Shown here in pieces: positions 1 through 13,537 of a stretch of DNA of 64,000 bases. Numbering within the stretch: the stretch's first letter is position 1; each line of letters begins with the position of its first letter. Source of the stretch: Dictyostelium discoideum (taxonomy: Eukaryota). The notes beneath the pieces are model-generated. The model saw nothing but the letters and a program-made list of their open reading frames with translations, did no database searches and was not told where the DNA came from. The DNA is taken from assembly GCA_000004695.1 (NCBI GenBank), contig CM000150.2:1088001-1152000 (forward strand). The letters run 5' to 3'. The translations under genes were made by a program, and so were the position numbers.

Positions 1-397
1 CAAATCTTTATTACGCAACTTTAAAAGAGTCTGACTTTGAAAAGGGTACTATCGATTCAGTGACACCAACTGGTAGTATGCCTCTTGAGAGATGTCGTAT
101 CGATCAATCTCCTCATAGTACTAATAAAACTAATAGTTTCGAAGTTATTAGTGCTTTTCGTAGAAATATCCTCCTGGCAACTGATAAAGCTGATGATAAA
201 GATAAATGGATTAAAGCTATCGCCATTGCATCTGGTATGCAAATAGTTGAAGAGAAAGAATCAAATGAAGAAAAGAAAAGTTTACCAAGTTCTGAAGCAT
301 TACTTAATTCAAGAATAAGAGTAAAATCATTAAGAGCTCCACCAGTTGTCGTTGTACAACAACAAAAACAAAAGAAATTAGATGATAATGATGAATT

Positions 398-428
<31 letters not shown>

Positions 429-1019
429 GATAATAATAATAATGATGATGATGATGATGATGATGGTGGTGATAATGAAAATGGTGATAATTATAATTCA
501 AATGGTGATAATTCAAATGGTGATAATAGTAATAATCATAATAATAATGATGAAGGAGTAACAAATAGGAGATCTTCTGATCAATTAGAACAAATGACAG
601 CAACAAGAAGACCAAAAAAAGAAAGACAAATTAAAAAGATTTCAACTAATGATGTCTCAACATCAGAGAATCGTTACTTTTCTAAATTTAATTTACCTTC
701 CTCATCAAATGCTCCAGCACCAACTATAATCACATCAAAAGCAAAATATAGTTTAAATTTAAGTAGTGATACAAATAATAATACTGCATCAACATCAAAT
801 AATGATTCTAATGAACCTGAATCACTTGCTAATATTCTTGGTGATGATATGCCACCACCATCAAAGAAATATTCAATTAATGATGAAAATTCAACTAATT
901 ATCAAGATGATGATAAAGATTTAGAAAGTGCTGGTTTAATCTCTGGTAAAAAGAAAAAAGTAAATGAAGATGGTGAAGATGAAGATAAAAAGAGATGTTG
1001 TAAATGTACTATTCAATAA
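1..1019 (+). CDS. 3' part of a gene truncated by the window start: PH-domain C-terminal helix, N/D-rich low complexity, polybasic stretch and C-terminal CAAX prenylation box
   Basis: The frame is open from nt 3 (NLYYATLKESDFEKGTIDS...) into listed ORF 60..1019, whose first 'M' is GTG. FEVISAFRRNILLATDKADDKDKWIKAIAIASGMQ resembles the C-terminal amphipathic helix of a PH domain. The C-terminus GKKKKVNEDGEDEDKKRCCKCTIQ is polybasic plus CAAX (CTIQ). The poly-Asn/Asp tract is typical of this genome. Confidence 0.5.
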
Positions 1020-1028
1020 AACAAAATA

Positions 1029-1059
<31 letters not shown>

Positions 1060-1189
1060 CAAATAATATAAATTATATTAGTTTTATTTATGAAAATAAA
1101 AAAAAAAACAAATAAATAAAAAAAATAAATAATAATAATAGTAATAATAATAAATTTAAATAATTTTTAATTTATTTTCTTAAAATTTT

Positions 1190-2568
1190 TTAATTATTTT
1201 CAATAATTTTAATTGCTTTTTCTAAGGAATCATTTGAAAGATTTGAAGATATTTCAATACAACGATTTTTAAATTGTTGATAATTTGATTTAATTTTTAT
1301 AATTGAATCAAGTAATTGATTTTGTTTTAATTTTAAACCATTTAAACCAATACCAACACCAATTGAATTAATATGTTTTGACCAAAAAGGTTGATCAAAA
1401 TATAATGGTAAAATTATTGAAGGTATTGCTGATTTTAAAATACTTGCAATTGATCCAACTCCTCCATGTGTAATTGAAATTGAACTATATTTATATAACC
1501 ATAAATGATCAACATTGTTTAATTGACAAATATTTGCTGATTCATTTTGAATTGGTTCAAAATTACTCCAATTATTTAAAATTATCCATTTAGTTTGTTT
1601 ACCTAATTTTTCAATTGTGTATTTTAAAATTGAAATTATTTTATCTTGTAATGATTTATTTGAAATTGGCATACTGCCTAAACCAAATACAATTGGTAAA
1701 TCTTCTTTATCAGTATATTCATTAATATTATTATCTTTAAAAAAGTTTATTAACTTTTTTGGAATATTTTTTAAATTAATTTCTTTTTGAAAAAAGAAAC
1801 CAACTACATTCCAATGACTTTTAAAATCATTTGGTATTTTTTGATTTGGTAATAAAACTTTATCAAATGCTGCAATTTGTTTACAATATGATTCATTATT
1901 TCTAATATTATCAAAAAAATCAAATTTTAAACTATCTAATCCTAATTCTTTTCTCCAACGATCAACTCTTTTACATTCTCTAAAAAAAAAAAATTATTAA
2001 TATTAATTTAAACAATTTGTTTTAATAATTTATTTTAAACTTACAGTTTTGCAAATTTATTATTAAATAATGAATGGGTTAATTTATTAATAAATGGAAT
2101 ATGAAGGTTTTTAATATCAAATAATAGGAATGGTGCTTCATTGGTTGGAAAAATTGGGACCAATGTTAAAGCAATAAATGGAATACCTAATTTATCTCTA
2201 ACACATTGAGCTTCTGTTGGAATTACAGCTGATTGAATAATTAAATCCATACCAATTGATGATAAATAAAGTTGGTTTAATCTTCCAAGATTTTGTTTAT
2301 CCAATTCCATTCTTTTTTCAAAGAATCTACTCCCATACTCTTGAGGTGAATAAATTTTAGATTTATCTCCTTTTTGATTATCATTTAATAAATCAATAAT
2401 ATCACCATCAATTGCATTAAAATCTAATTCAAATTTTTCAACAACATATTTTATTCTATTTTCACCAACAATTAAACAATAATGACCTCTTTTTTTCAAT
2501 TCACTTGCTAAAATACATGATGGTTGTACATCACCTCTTGTTCCAAAACAAAAGAAAACTATTTTCAT
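1190..2568 (-). CDS. UDP-glycosyltransferase, GT1 family (MGT/sterol-glucosyltransferase-like), tandem copy A; 2 exons
   Basis: Exons 2568..2045 and 1979..1190 are joined by a 65-nt AT-rich intron (donor GTAAGT at 2044..2039, acceptor AG at 1981..1980); the last codon CT|A is split in phase 2. N-terminus MKIVFFCFGTRGDVQP is the GT28-type N-terminal motif. C-terminal THGGVGSIASIL...PLYFDQPFW is the UDP-sugar binding signature. About 438 aa. The listed 160-aa ORF is only the part after the first in-frame Met of exon 2. Confidence 0.75.
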
Positions 2569-3282
2569 TTTTTTTTTTTTTTTAAAATATGTTAGTTATT
2601 TAAAATTAGTTTTATGATCTTTTTTTAAATAAATATCTAAATTTGTTTATTAAATTAATAATGATTAAATTACCTTTTTTTTTTTTTTAATTTATATTTT
2701 TTTTTTAAGTATTAAATTTGAAAATCATAAAATTAAAACAATTCTTTTTTTATTTTCATTATTATTCTTTAAAACTAATGATATTTCTTGTTTGTATATA
2801 TAACACTGAGAAATGAAAAATATTATTTTTCATATTTTAATTTTATACTCTAAGAACAAACATATTTGATTTCCTTAAAAATTAAAAATCTTAAGAAAAT
2901 ATATCTTGGTTTCATATTTAAATGAAAAATAAAACTAAAAAGCACAGTGTGTTAATATATTTTTTTAATTTTAATTTTTTTTTTTGTTCTTTAAGATTAA
3001 AGAAAGTGGTTAAAAACCTTGGAAATTACTCAGCGTAATTTATAATTTTATATTTATTAATGAAGGTTAATTAATATCTCAAATTGAATAATCAAAAAGT
3101 AAAAAAAAATTTTTTTTTTAAATTAAAAAAAAAAAGTATTAATTTTATTTTTAATTAATTAATTAATTTATTTTTTTAATTATTTATTTATTTTTTTTTT
3201 TTTTCAAAAATTTAAAAATGGTGCTTGAAAATTTCAAGTAATTTTTACCAAATGTAATTTTAAAATTAACAAAGGGAAAGAA

Positions 3283-3504
3283 TCATTGAAAATAATGAGT
3301 TACAAACTTGAAACAACCTGTAGCAGAACCTGTTGTTGTTGATAGTTGAGATGGAGTTGGATTAGTGTTGGTGTTACTGTTGGTGTTGGTGTTGGTGTTT
3401 GTGATGGTGATGGTGTTGGTGTTGGTATTGGTGTTGGTATTGGTGTTGGTGTTAGTGATGGTGTTAGTGCTGGTGTTGGTGTTGGTGTGGCAATGATTAT
3501 ACAA
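3283..3504 (-). pseudogene. Truncated remnant of the GPI-anchored Thr/Pro-repeat protein gene (paralog of 5913..6419) with an expanded (ACA AAC)n = (TN)n hexamer array
   Basis: The 3' end ...[14 protein letters not shown] aligns with NPTPSQTSTTTGSAS of the intact copy. The signal peptide and Cys-rich domain are missing, replaced by AT-rich DNA after 3520. On the + strand the array reads as (GGTGTT)n at about 3361-3490. Confidence 0.45.
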
Positions 3505-3708
3505 ACTTCACCAAGTGCATGTAAAGTATATAAATATAATTATATAAATAAAATAATATTTTTAATAAAAAAAATAAAACCTATTTATATTAAAAAAAAA
3601 GAAATATTATAAATTATATTAATAATATATATGAAAATAAAAAAAAAATATATAATAATAGTTTTAATAAAAATGATAATAAATTAAATATAGTTTTCAA
3701 TTAATTTT

Positions 3709-5085
3709 TTAATTATTTTCAATGATTTTAATTGCTTTTTCTAAGGAATCATTTGAAAGATTTGAAGATATTTCAATACAACGATTTCTAAATTGTTGAT
3801 AGTTTGATTTAATTTTAATAATTGAATCAAGTAATTGATTTTGTTTTAATTTTAAACCATTTAAACCAATACCAACACCAATTGAATTAATATGTTTTGA
3901 CCAAAATGGTTGATCAAAATATAATGGTAAAATTATTGAAGGTATTGCTGATTTTAAAATACTTGCAATTGATCCAACTCCTCCATGTGTAATTGAAATT
4001 GAACTATATTTATATAACCATAAATGATCAACATTGTTTAATTGACAAATATTTGCTGATTCATTTTGAATTGGTTCAAAATTACTCCAATTATTTAAAA
4101 TTATCCATTTAGTTTGTTTACCTAATTTTTCAATTGTGTATTTTAAAATTGAAATAACATTCTTTTGTAATGATTTATTTGAAATTGGCATACTACCTAA
4201 ACCAAAAACAATTGGTAAATCTTCTTTTTCAGTGTATTCATTAATATTATTATCTTTAAAAAAGTTTATTAACTTTTCTGGAATATTTTTTAAATTAATT
4301 TCTTTTTGAAAAAAGAAACCAACTACATTCCAATGACTTTTAAAATCATTTGGTATTTTTTGATTTGGTAATAAAACTTTATCAAATGCTGCAATTTGTT
4401 TACAATATGATTCATTATTTCTAATATTATCAAAAAAATCAAATTTTAAACTATCCAATCCTAATTCTTTTCTCCAACGATCAACTCTTTTACATTCTCT
4501 AAAAAAAAAAACTATTAATATTAATTTAAACAATTTGTTTAATTATTTATTTTAAACTTACAGTTTTGCAAATTTATAATTAAATAATGTATGGGTTAAT
4601 TTATTAATAAATGGAATATGAAGGTTTTTAATATTAGATAATAAGAATGGTGCTTCATTAGATGGGAAAATTTGGAATAATGTTAAAGAAATAAATGGAA
4701 TACCTAATTTATCTCTAACACATTGAGCTTCTGTTGGAATAATATTCGATTGAATAATTAAATCCATACCAATTGATGATAGATAAAGTTGGTTTAATCT
4801 TCCAAGATTTTGTTTATCCAATTCCATTCTTTTTTCAAAGAATCTACGACTATATTCTCGAGGAGAATAAATTTTTAATTTATCTCCTTTTTCATCATCA
4901 TTTAATAAATCAATAATATCACCATCAATTGCATTAAAATCTAATTCAAAATTTTCAACAACATATTTTATTCTATTTTCACCAACAATTAAACAATAAT
5001 GACCTCTTTTTTTTAATTCACTTGCTAAAATACATAATGGTTGTACATCACCTCTTGTTCCAAAACAAAAGAAAACTATTTTCAT
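3709..5085 (-). CDS. UDP-glycosyltransferase, GT1 family, tandem copy B; 2 exons
   Basis: Exons 5085..4562 and 4498..3709; a 63-nt intron with GTAAGT donor (4561..) and AG acceptor at 4500..4499. About 90-95% identical to copy A at DNA and protein level, with the same motifs. Confidence 0.75.
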
Positions 5086-5607
5086 TTTTTTTTTTTTTTT
5101 TTTTTGTTGGTTCTATTTTTAAATTAATTTTAAAAAATCATAAAATTAAAAATATTCTTTTTTTTTATTTTCAAAATATTATTCTTTAAAAAAAATGATT
5201 TTTCTTGTTTGTTTATATATGGCCAGAAGAAATGAAAATTATCATTTTTCATTTTCACTTTGATTTCCTTAAAATTAAAAACCTTAAAAAATAAATCTTT
5301 GTTAAAATATAAAAAAAAAACCACACATTTGTGTTAAATTATAAAGGTTTGCCAGATATAAAAATTTCAACATTAATGTGGTGAAAAGTAATTTTATGTG
5401 GTTGGTCCTCTATTTTTTATTTTAATGTTTTTTTTTATATGAATCTCCCCTTGAATCTAACTTTTTTTTTTTTTTTTAATATTCATTAAGATTAATTAAT
5501 TTTTTTTTTTTTTATTTATCTTTAAAAAAAGTGGTTAAATACCTTGGAAATAAATACTCTGTAAAATTTACAATTAGATTTATTAATAAAGAAGATTAAT
5601 TTATCTC

Positions 5608-5738
5608 CACAGCAAAGAAATCCTGCTTAAATTTTGTTAAATGTATGATGTAATTTAAATGGTATTATAATGACGTAATAAATTAAATTGATAATATAAT
5701 TTAAATGGATAATTTACGGTGATATTTTCTTTGCAGTG
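5608..5738. mobile_element. Candidate ~131-bp MITE-like insertion with imperfect 13-14-bp terminal inverted repeats, present only in duplication unit B
   Basis: Left end CACAGCAAAGAAAT and right end ATTTTCTTTGCAGTG (reverse complement CACTGCAAAGAAAAT). Absent from the otherwise collinear site in unit A, which reads tatctc|aaattgaataa at about 3076-3090. A possible short CT(C) target duplication. Confidence 0.3.
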
Positions 5739-5912
5739 CTAAACTGAATAACCAAAACGTACAAAAATTTATTTTTAAATTAAAAAAGTTTTAATTTTAT
5801 TTTTTTTATTAATTAATTTATTTAATTATTTATTTAATTTTATTTTTTTTTGAAAAATTTAAAATTGTACTTGAAAATGCCAAATAATTTTTACCATTTG
5901 TTATTTTTAAAA

Positions 5913-6419
5913 TTAACAAAGGGAAAGAATCATTGAGAAAATAATGAGTGATAAACTTGCAACAACAGTTGAAGCAGAACCAGTTGTTGTTGATGTTTGG
6001 GATGGGGTTGGATTTGGTGTATTTGTTGGTGTTGGTGTTACTGTTGGTGTAACTGTTGGTGTAACTGTTGGTGTAACTGTTGGTGCGGGTGTGGCAGTGA
6101 TTTTACAAACTCCACTCCAATCAGAACCGAGTGCATGTGAAGAAGTTTGATCAGCGCAAGTAAATGTATTTGTTACAGCTGGTGTTACTTGAACAGTACA
6201 TTGGTTTGTAGTATATTCGGCAAAAGTGAATTGATTTGTATTGGTAGCATCAGGAATGTAACGGACAAATCTACCACAAACCTCAGTACAAACATTTTGT
6301 ATGACATCTACTGAAGCACAAACTGGATTTTGATTGGCCAATGTTGTTGTGAAATAATCATATGCATTTGCATATGTTAATAGTGATAATAATGCAATAA
6401 ATGTATGTTGGAATTTCAT
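5913..6419 (-). CDS. Small secreted Cys-rich protein with (TPTV)n Thr/Pro linker and GPI-anchor-like C-terminus
   Basis: ATG at 6419. N-terminal signal peptide MKFQHTFIALLSLLTYANA; about 10 Cys in the mature domain; TPTVTPTVTPTVTPTV repeat; C-terminal GSAS omega-like site followed by the hydrophobic tail VVASLSLIIFSMILSLC. Confidence 0.6.
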   Translation of the reverse strand: MKFQHTFIALLSLLTYANAYDYFTTTLANQNPVCASVDVIQNVCTEVCGRFVRYIPDATNTNQFTFAEYTTNQCTVQVTPAVTNTFTCADQTSSHALGSDWSGVCKITATPAPTVTPTVTPTVTPTVTPTPTNTPNPTPSQTSTTTGSASTVVASLSLIIFSMILSLC

Positions 6420-7712
6420 TTTTTTAATTTATATTTACAAAAAATAATATAATATTTTGGTTGTTTTTTTTTTTTTTTTTTTATAATTATTAAGAATTAT
6501 ATTAATAAAATAATAACATTAATTTAATATAAATAAAAATTGAACCTATTTATATAAAAAAAATAATAAAAAAAATAAAAAAAAAAATAAAAATAAATAT
6601 ATTTAAATAAATTTAATTTATATTTTACAATTTTACAGTGGGGTAACATAAGTTGTAACATTAATTTCAATGATAATAATTTAGTGGTTGTAAATTTGGA
6701 GTGCTCAGCAGTATGAATTTTTTTTTTTTTGTTATTGCTATTTGATATCAAGTACAAGTGTGGTAAAATGAGTTTTTTTTTTTTCTTGATTTTACAATAA
6801 AATTAAATTATTTTTATTATTTGTAAAAAAATAAAAAATGATACCATCATAGCATAATATATTATTTTTGTTTTTTTATTATAATTTTTTTTTTCCCAAA
6901 CCTATTTAAAGTTGTACAAAAATTAAAATTTTTGCCTTGTTGCTCAATTTATGATTTGAAATTTTTTGGTCATTCAATGAATAAAATGAATAAATTTATT
7001 ATTATTTGTTTTTTTATATTTTTTATTTTTTATTTTTACCTTCGGGTAAATTATGAAATGGGTGTATTTATAAATTAAATTATGAATGATAGCTTAAATA
7101 AAAATACTACCAACTTACAAAACTATAATTATAATTACCACACCACTGGATAGTATCAATTACAAGAATAAAAAAAATTAAATAAAACGTTAAAATAAAA
7201 AATTAATTTTCTATTTTATTATTTTTTTTTTTTATGTTTTCACATCCATATTATTATAAATTAATTTTAACCTCTCTAAAAATGCGAAATTAAATTAATC
7301 AAAAATAAAAATAAAAAATTAAATAAATAAATAAATTAATAAATAAAAAAATAAATAATAAATAAATAAAATTTAAACAATTTTTATTATTTATTATTTT
7401 TGATCATGATTTTCATACTATTATTATTTCCTATTATTATTATTATTATTATTTTTTTTTTTTTTAGTTTTTCTAATTTTTTTTTCTTTTTTTTAATTTT
7501 CTAAGGACCATTTCTTGCTCTGAGATCCTTTTTTTTTTTTTTCCTTTTTTTTTTTCCTTTTTTTTTTCTTTTTTTTTTTTTCCTTTTTTTTTTTTTTAAT
7601 TTTTATTTTTTTTTATTATCTTAAAGAAAAAAAGAACTTCAAAAAAAAGACCAAGAAAACCAATTGATCTATATTTCTACATTTTTCCTTTTACTTTTTT
7701 TTTTTTTTTTTT

Positions 7713-8937
7713 TCAGTCTGAATAATTGCTTCCAGAATCATTAAAATTAAAGTTGAAATTTAATTCATTTTCTAAATTAATTTTATCATCCTCTTCATCA
7801 ATATCACTTGAATCATCATTTTGTTTATTTCTATTTGATGATGGTAAAGAAGTTGAAGTTGTAGTTGTAGTTGTTGTAGTTGTGGTTGTTGTGACAGTAT
7901 TATTATTATTGATATTATTTTGGTCATTATCTAGTTCATCAAAAAAATGTTGATTTGAATGATTATACATACAATGTAAACCAAATTTACAATAACCTTG
8001 ATTTTCAAAATATTTACAAGGAATCTTTGATAATTTCATTTTGTACATATTAATCATTTGTTCTTTATCATCACCAACAACATAGATATCAGATGGAATG
8101 ATGAAATAGGAGACAGTTCTACAAGTTGGACATTTTCTAACATGTTGAATTTGTTCATGATTTCTAAATTGTTGATTATTATAACCACTACCACCACTAT
8201 TGAGAATTCCAATTGAATTGAAAATATCAATACTATCATTATTAGGATTAGTTGAAAAGAAAATAGTACTACCACCATTACTTAAAATATTATTAATACT
8301 ATTACTAATATTATTGATGGTGCTGTTGTTATTACTAGTACTATTATTGGCACTATATCTCCAACTTCTAATACAATTTAAACAAAATTTATGTTGACAA
8401 TGACTTAATAAACCAAACTTTTTACCACTATCTACGATTGATTCAAAACAAATTTCACATTCGTATTGTCTCATTGACTCATTTTGACGTAATAATTGAT
8501 TCTCTTGATTCAATAAACATTCAATATAGTGAGTTTGATTTTGTTCAATATTATCTGGTATTAACATGGCTTTATTACAAATGTCACATAGATTACCATG
8601 AATGTATCTACAATCATCACCATTCCTACAATATCCTTTTCTTGAAAAAAAAAAACAAATGTTTTGTTCCTTGCTTATATTGTTATTGTTATTTTTATTA
8701 TTAATTTGTTGATGTTGATTATTGCATTGATTACTACTATGTTCATCTATTTTTGGAAAAATTATTAATCGTCAATAAAAATAAAAAATAGAAATTGGGT
8801 CCAAAAAAAAAAAAAATAAAAAAAAAAAAATAAAAAAATAAAAAAAAAAAAATAAAAAAAAAAAAATAAAAACCAAAAAAATAATTACCGGGTACCGCCT
8901 TGAGAATTGATCCATAAAATTTAATACCTGAAGACAT
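7713..8937 (-). CDS. Makorin-type zinc-finger protein (CCCH - RING C3HC4 - CCCH); 2 exons
   Basis: Exon 1 is 8937..8889 (MSSGIKFYGSILKAVP, donor G|GTAATT). Exon 2 is 8746..7713 (acceptor AG at 8748..8747), in phase. Exon 2 encodes the CCCH finger CFFFSRKGYCRNGDDCRYIH, the RING CEICFESIV...HCQHKFCLNCIRSW...CPTCR, and a second CCCH CKYFENQGYCKFGLHCMYNH. This order matches makorins. Confidence 0.6.
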
Positions 8938-9291
8938 TTCGAAATATTTTTAAAAAAAATAAAAATTTTGAGAAATTAAAAACATAAAAACAAAGATATA
9001 ATGAAATTAAAAAAAAAAAAAAAAAACAATTAAAACTGTTTTAGGTGAAAATAAAAAAAAAAAAAAAGAAATTAATAAAAAAAAAAAAAAGAAAAGAATA
9101 AATATGAAACAATTAAATGAATGAAAATAAAAAAAAAAAATAAAAAAAATACAAATAAAAATAAAAATAAAAATAAAAACAAAAATAAAAAATCTATAAA
9201 AAAAAAATAAAAAAAAAAAAGGTTTAAAAAGAAAAGAAAAAAAAGAAAAGAAAAAAAAGGTTTAAAAAGAAAAGAAAAGAAAGAAAAATAG

Positions 9292-9335
<44 letters not shown>

Positions 9336-9705
9336 AATTTAAAAATAAAAAAAAAGTTTTAAATTTAAAATAAAGAATAAAATAAATGAATTTTAAAATG
9401 AAAAAAATATGTTAATTATGAAAGTAAAAAAAAAAAAAAAAGAATGTTTTTTTTTTTTTTATTTTTTTTTACCACACAATTATTTTATTTTTTTTTTTTT
9501 TAATTTAATAATTTAACACACAATTTTTTAAATTAATTTTTTTTTTTTTGTATTGTTCAAACAATACAAAAAATCAAAATAATTTTTTTTTTTTTTTTTT
9601 TACCAATTAAAGAAACTTTGGATATTTTTATTTTTTTTCAACACCTCCAATTAAATTAATACAAAATCAAATAGCCAGGGCCAGTTTTAAAAAAATAACA
9701 ATAAT

Positions 9706-10010
<305 letters not shown>

Positions 10011-10203
10011 AATAATAAAAAAATAAAAAAAAAAAAATTTTAAGGAATGAAATTAAGAATAAATAGAAAATTTAAAAATACAATAAATAAAAAAATTTAA
10101 TTTTTTTTTTTTTTTTTTTTTTTTTTTTGTTTAAAACTTTGGGTGTTCAGCATTGTAAAGACTCTTGTGTAATACCAATGATAATCAGAGTTTAAGTCTT
10201 TTT

Positions 10204-10235
<32 letters not shown>

Positions 10236-10417
10236 TTTTTTTCTTTTTCTTTATCCATTAAGAATCAATATTTCTAATAAAAAAAAAAAAAAAAAAAAAA
10301 TAAAAACCATTCCATCAAAGGACCCAAATTAATAATCGTTATCGTGATAAAAACAAATTTATTTTTATAAAAAATTAAAAAAAATAAAATTTTTGGGTGA
10401 TTTTTTTTAATTTTTAT

Positions 10418-10468
<51 letters not shown>

Positions 10469-10596
10469 CAACATGCTGCGAGTGAACCCATCACATATAT
10501 TTTTTTTATTTTAACAATATATAATTATTAGAATTCAATAACAATAAAAATAAAAGAAAAACTCTCACATAAAACAAAATCGATTTTTTTTTTTCA

Positions 10597-10629
<33 letters not shown>

Positions 10630-10678
10630 ACTTATAAAATAGATAAAAAAAAAATAAAAAAAAAAAAAATAAAAAGGA

Positions 10679-10784
10679 TTGGATGTATCTAAAAGATACT
10701 CCATTATTTCAAATAGAAAATCTTTTATTGAAGATGGTTTCACAGTTACCGTAAGTAGAATTCTTTTCACCCACCCCTTTTCTG

Positions 10785-10815
<31 letters not shown>

Positions 10816-11464
10816 CTTTTTTTTTTTTTTTTACCTTTTTTTTTATTTATGTTTATTAATAGTTTTTTTTTTTTTTATTTTTTTTTTTTTTTTATATTTT
10901 TTTTAATTTTAAAAAGATAACATTAAAAGGTATAGTTCAAAAAGTATCATTTCAAAGTTCGGTTACAGTTGATCACGTAAAATTTGAAATTTTAAAACAA
11001 TTTTATCCATCTAGTGACCAAAGCTATGAATTTTTTTTAGCGATTAATAAAACAGAGATATTACAAATCGAATTTGTTAGATTTATATTTGCACATGAAG
11101 CAATTCAAAAATCATTATTAATTAAAAAATCAATTGAAGTTTATTTAATACCAAAATCAAAAGAAATCATTGCAAGAAAATGTAAAGCTGATATAATTAA
11201 AAAGCAATTAGGAACTTATGTTGGGGTTAAACAAACTCCTTTACCAACATTAAATAGTAAACCACCACCATCTGTACCTCCAAGAAAAACAAATTCACAA
11301 ACAAATATACAAAAAGTATTAACTAATAATAATAATAATAATAGTAATAATACTACTAGTAATAATGTTAGTGCATCACCATCTAGTGCATCAACAACAT
11401 CAACAGCTGGTGTTACAATATCAAAATCAACATCAACATCATCATTAGTACTAGCATCACCACC

Positions 11465-11505
<41 letters not shown>

Positions 11506-13497
11506 CCAAAACAGCAGCATCACCATCATCTTCATCGATTTCGCAAGATGGTAGTAGTTTAACTTTATCACAAGAGGATGTATCAACTGAAATTTTGAAA
11601 TTACAATTACAACAACAATTAATGTTATTGGAAGATGAGGAATTAACATACCAATCACTATTGGTTTCAACTGAATCAGATGATGAAGGTGATACAAACA
11701 ATCTTTTAAGTATTGGTAGTGGGGGTGAAAAAACAGCTGTTGAATTGGATTCAATATTTTCATTAAGTCCACAATCAGCAACATCACCACCATTATCACC
11801 ACCATCACCAAATCCAACAAGAACTAAACCAGCTGTACCACCACGTTCATTTAATTCACTAGATGAGAATGAAACCTTAACATTTAAAAAAGAACCAATT
11901 CTACCAAAATCATCAAATGAATCATTGTTAGGTTCAGTACCAAATGAACAAAAAAATGATAAATCACCTTTAAAATCAACTGAACCAACAACAATATCAA
12001 CTGTACAACAACCAATTGTTCAACAACAACCAATTGTTCAACAACAACCAATTGTTCAACAACAATTACAACAACAACAACAACAACAACTGCAACAGCA
12101 AGAAGTTATGGAACCACAACATTGGTCAAATTATTTATCAATGAAACCATTAAAACAAACCTTAAATGTATGTATTAATTCTAGTTGTTTATTAATTATT
12201 TATATAAATATCATATTAATACTCTTTATATATTTTATTTTAGGAAATACCAATTCAAGTTCAAGTTAAAGATAATTATTTTATAATGGGATGTAATAAA
12301 AATTTTACATCAAGTGAATTTAAATCATATTTAGTATCAAATTTAGAGAGTATGATTCAAGCGATTAAAGTTGGTACATTTGCAACCAATGATATATCAT
12401 CTGAAACCATTGCATTTAAAAAGAATGCTGTAATTTGTGATTTATTCACAGATAGTATTCAACAAAGACCAACATCAATACCGAGTTTAATTGTATTAAA
12501 ACCTGGTATGCAAGATTTATTCAAAGGTAATAGTCGTGCATTTATTGGTTCACCAATTGTAAATAGTAATAATAATGTTAATAATAATATAAATAATAGT
12601 AATAGTAATAGTAATAATAATAATATAAATAATAGTTTAGATGGTTTTAAATTATCAACATCACTACAAACACCATCAGTAAATTTAAGTTTATTACATA
12701 ATAATATTCAAAATTTAATATCAAATAATGGTAATAGTGGTCCTAGTAGTATTAATAGTAGTTGTAGTAGTAGTAGTAGTAACAATGGTAATACGACAAA
12801 TTATAGTAGTAGTATTGGTAATGAATATAAACAACCAATATCAGGATCATTGATATTTAATAATAATAAAACATTGGGTAGAAATGCAAACTTTTCATTA
12901 GGAGAACAAAGAGATAATAATGCAAAATTAAGACAACAGAAAAAGAAATTAACTGCCATTCAAATTAGTTCATTATTAGGTGAACCATTGAATTGGAGTA
13001 ATACAGAGAATGAAATTAAATACTTTAGAAATTTAGCAGAACAAATCTTTGATTTTCAAACATTGGATGAAAGAGATCGTGTTAAAATTACAATTGCACC
13101 TGTAACCAATGCTCATCCAGATCCATTATTACCAAGTACTTTTAGAGTTAGGTTTTATTTACCACCAGATAATCATTCAACTACAATCAATGTAATGTCT
13201 TCTGATACAGTTACAAATTTAATTGAAAAGGTTATAGCCAAACATAATAACAGTACAAAATTAATTTCATCTGATCATACACCTTCTGATTATGTAATTC
13301 GTATCACTGGTACATCTGATCATGTTTTAAAAACTGATGAATTGGTTACAAATTTAATTGTAGTTAGAAATCGTTTACAACGTAAAAAAGATATTAAATT
13401 TAGCTTGGTACATAAAACTTCATTACCAAAAATTTATATTGATGGTCATTCACCTGAAATTTGTACATTAAAAAACAATAATAATAATAATAATATA

Positions 13498-13537
<40 letters not shown>

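Larger units (their letters stand above)
1150..6560. repeat. Tandem segmental duplication, 2 units of ~2.5-2.9 kb (approx. 1150-3690 and 3690-6560)
   Basis: Both exons, the intron, and the 5' and 3' flanks of the glycosyltransferase gene are directly repeated. Paired stretches include 2700-3250 vs 5140-5940 and 3530-3600 vs 6520-6560. The downstream small gene is also repeated but truncated in unit A. Confidence 0.8.

Noticed and set aside
397-615. 72-aa His/Tyr-rich minus-strand ORF
   Set aside because: Antisense reading of the (AAT/GAT)n tract inside the plus-strand gene; pure low complexity.
5130-5324. 64-aa minus-strand ORF, and similar AT-desert ORFs (6524..6757, 8743..8937, 10274..10474, 38843..39410, 44840..45055, 46554..47689, 52743..52973, 53258..53467, 55867..56846, 57174..57386)
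   Set aside because: Poly-F/K/I/N translations of (T)n/(A)n intergenic DNA with no ATG context. 8743..8937 merely contains the real 49-nt first exon of the makorin-like gene.
8200-8704. Plus-strand ORFs of 65 and 88 aa overlapping the makorin-like gene
   Set aside because: Antisense/low complexity. The 8438..8704 region is actually read on the minus strand as the CCCH-finger exon.
11216-11820. Two overlapping minus-strand ORFs (161 and 135 aa, poly-V / poly-L)
   Set aside because: Antisense to the PI3K exon 2 poly-Thr/Gln region; homopolymeric.
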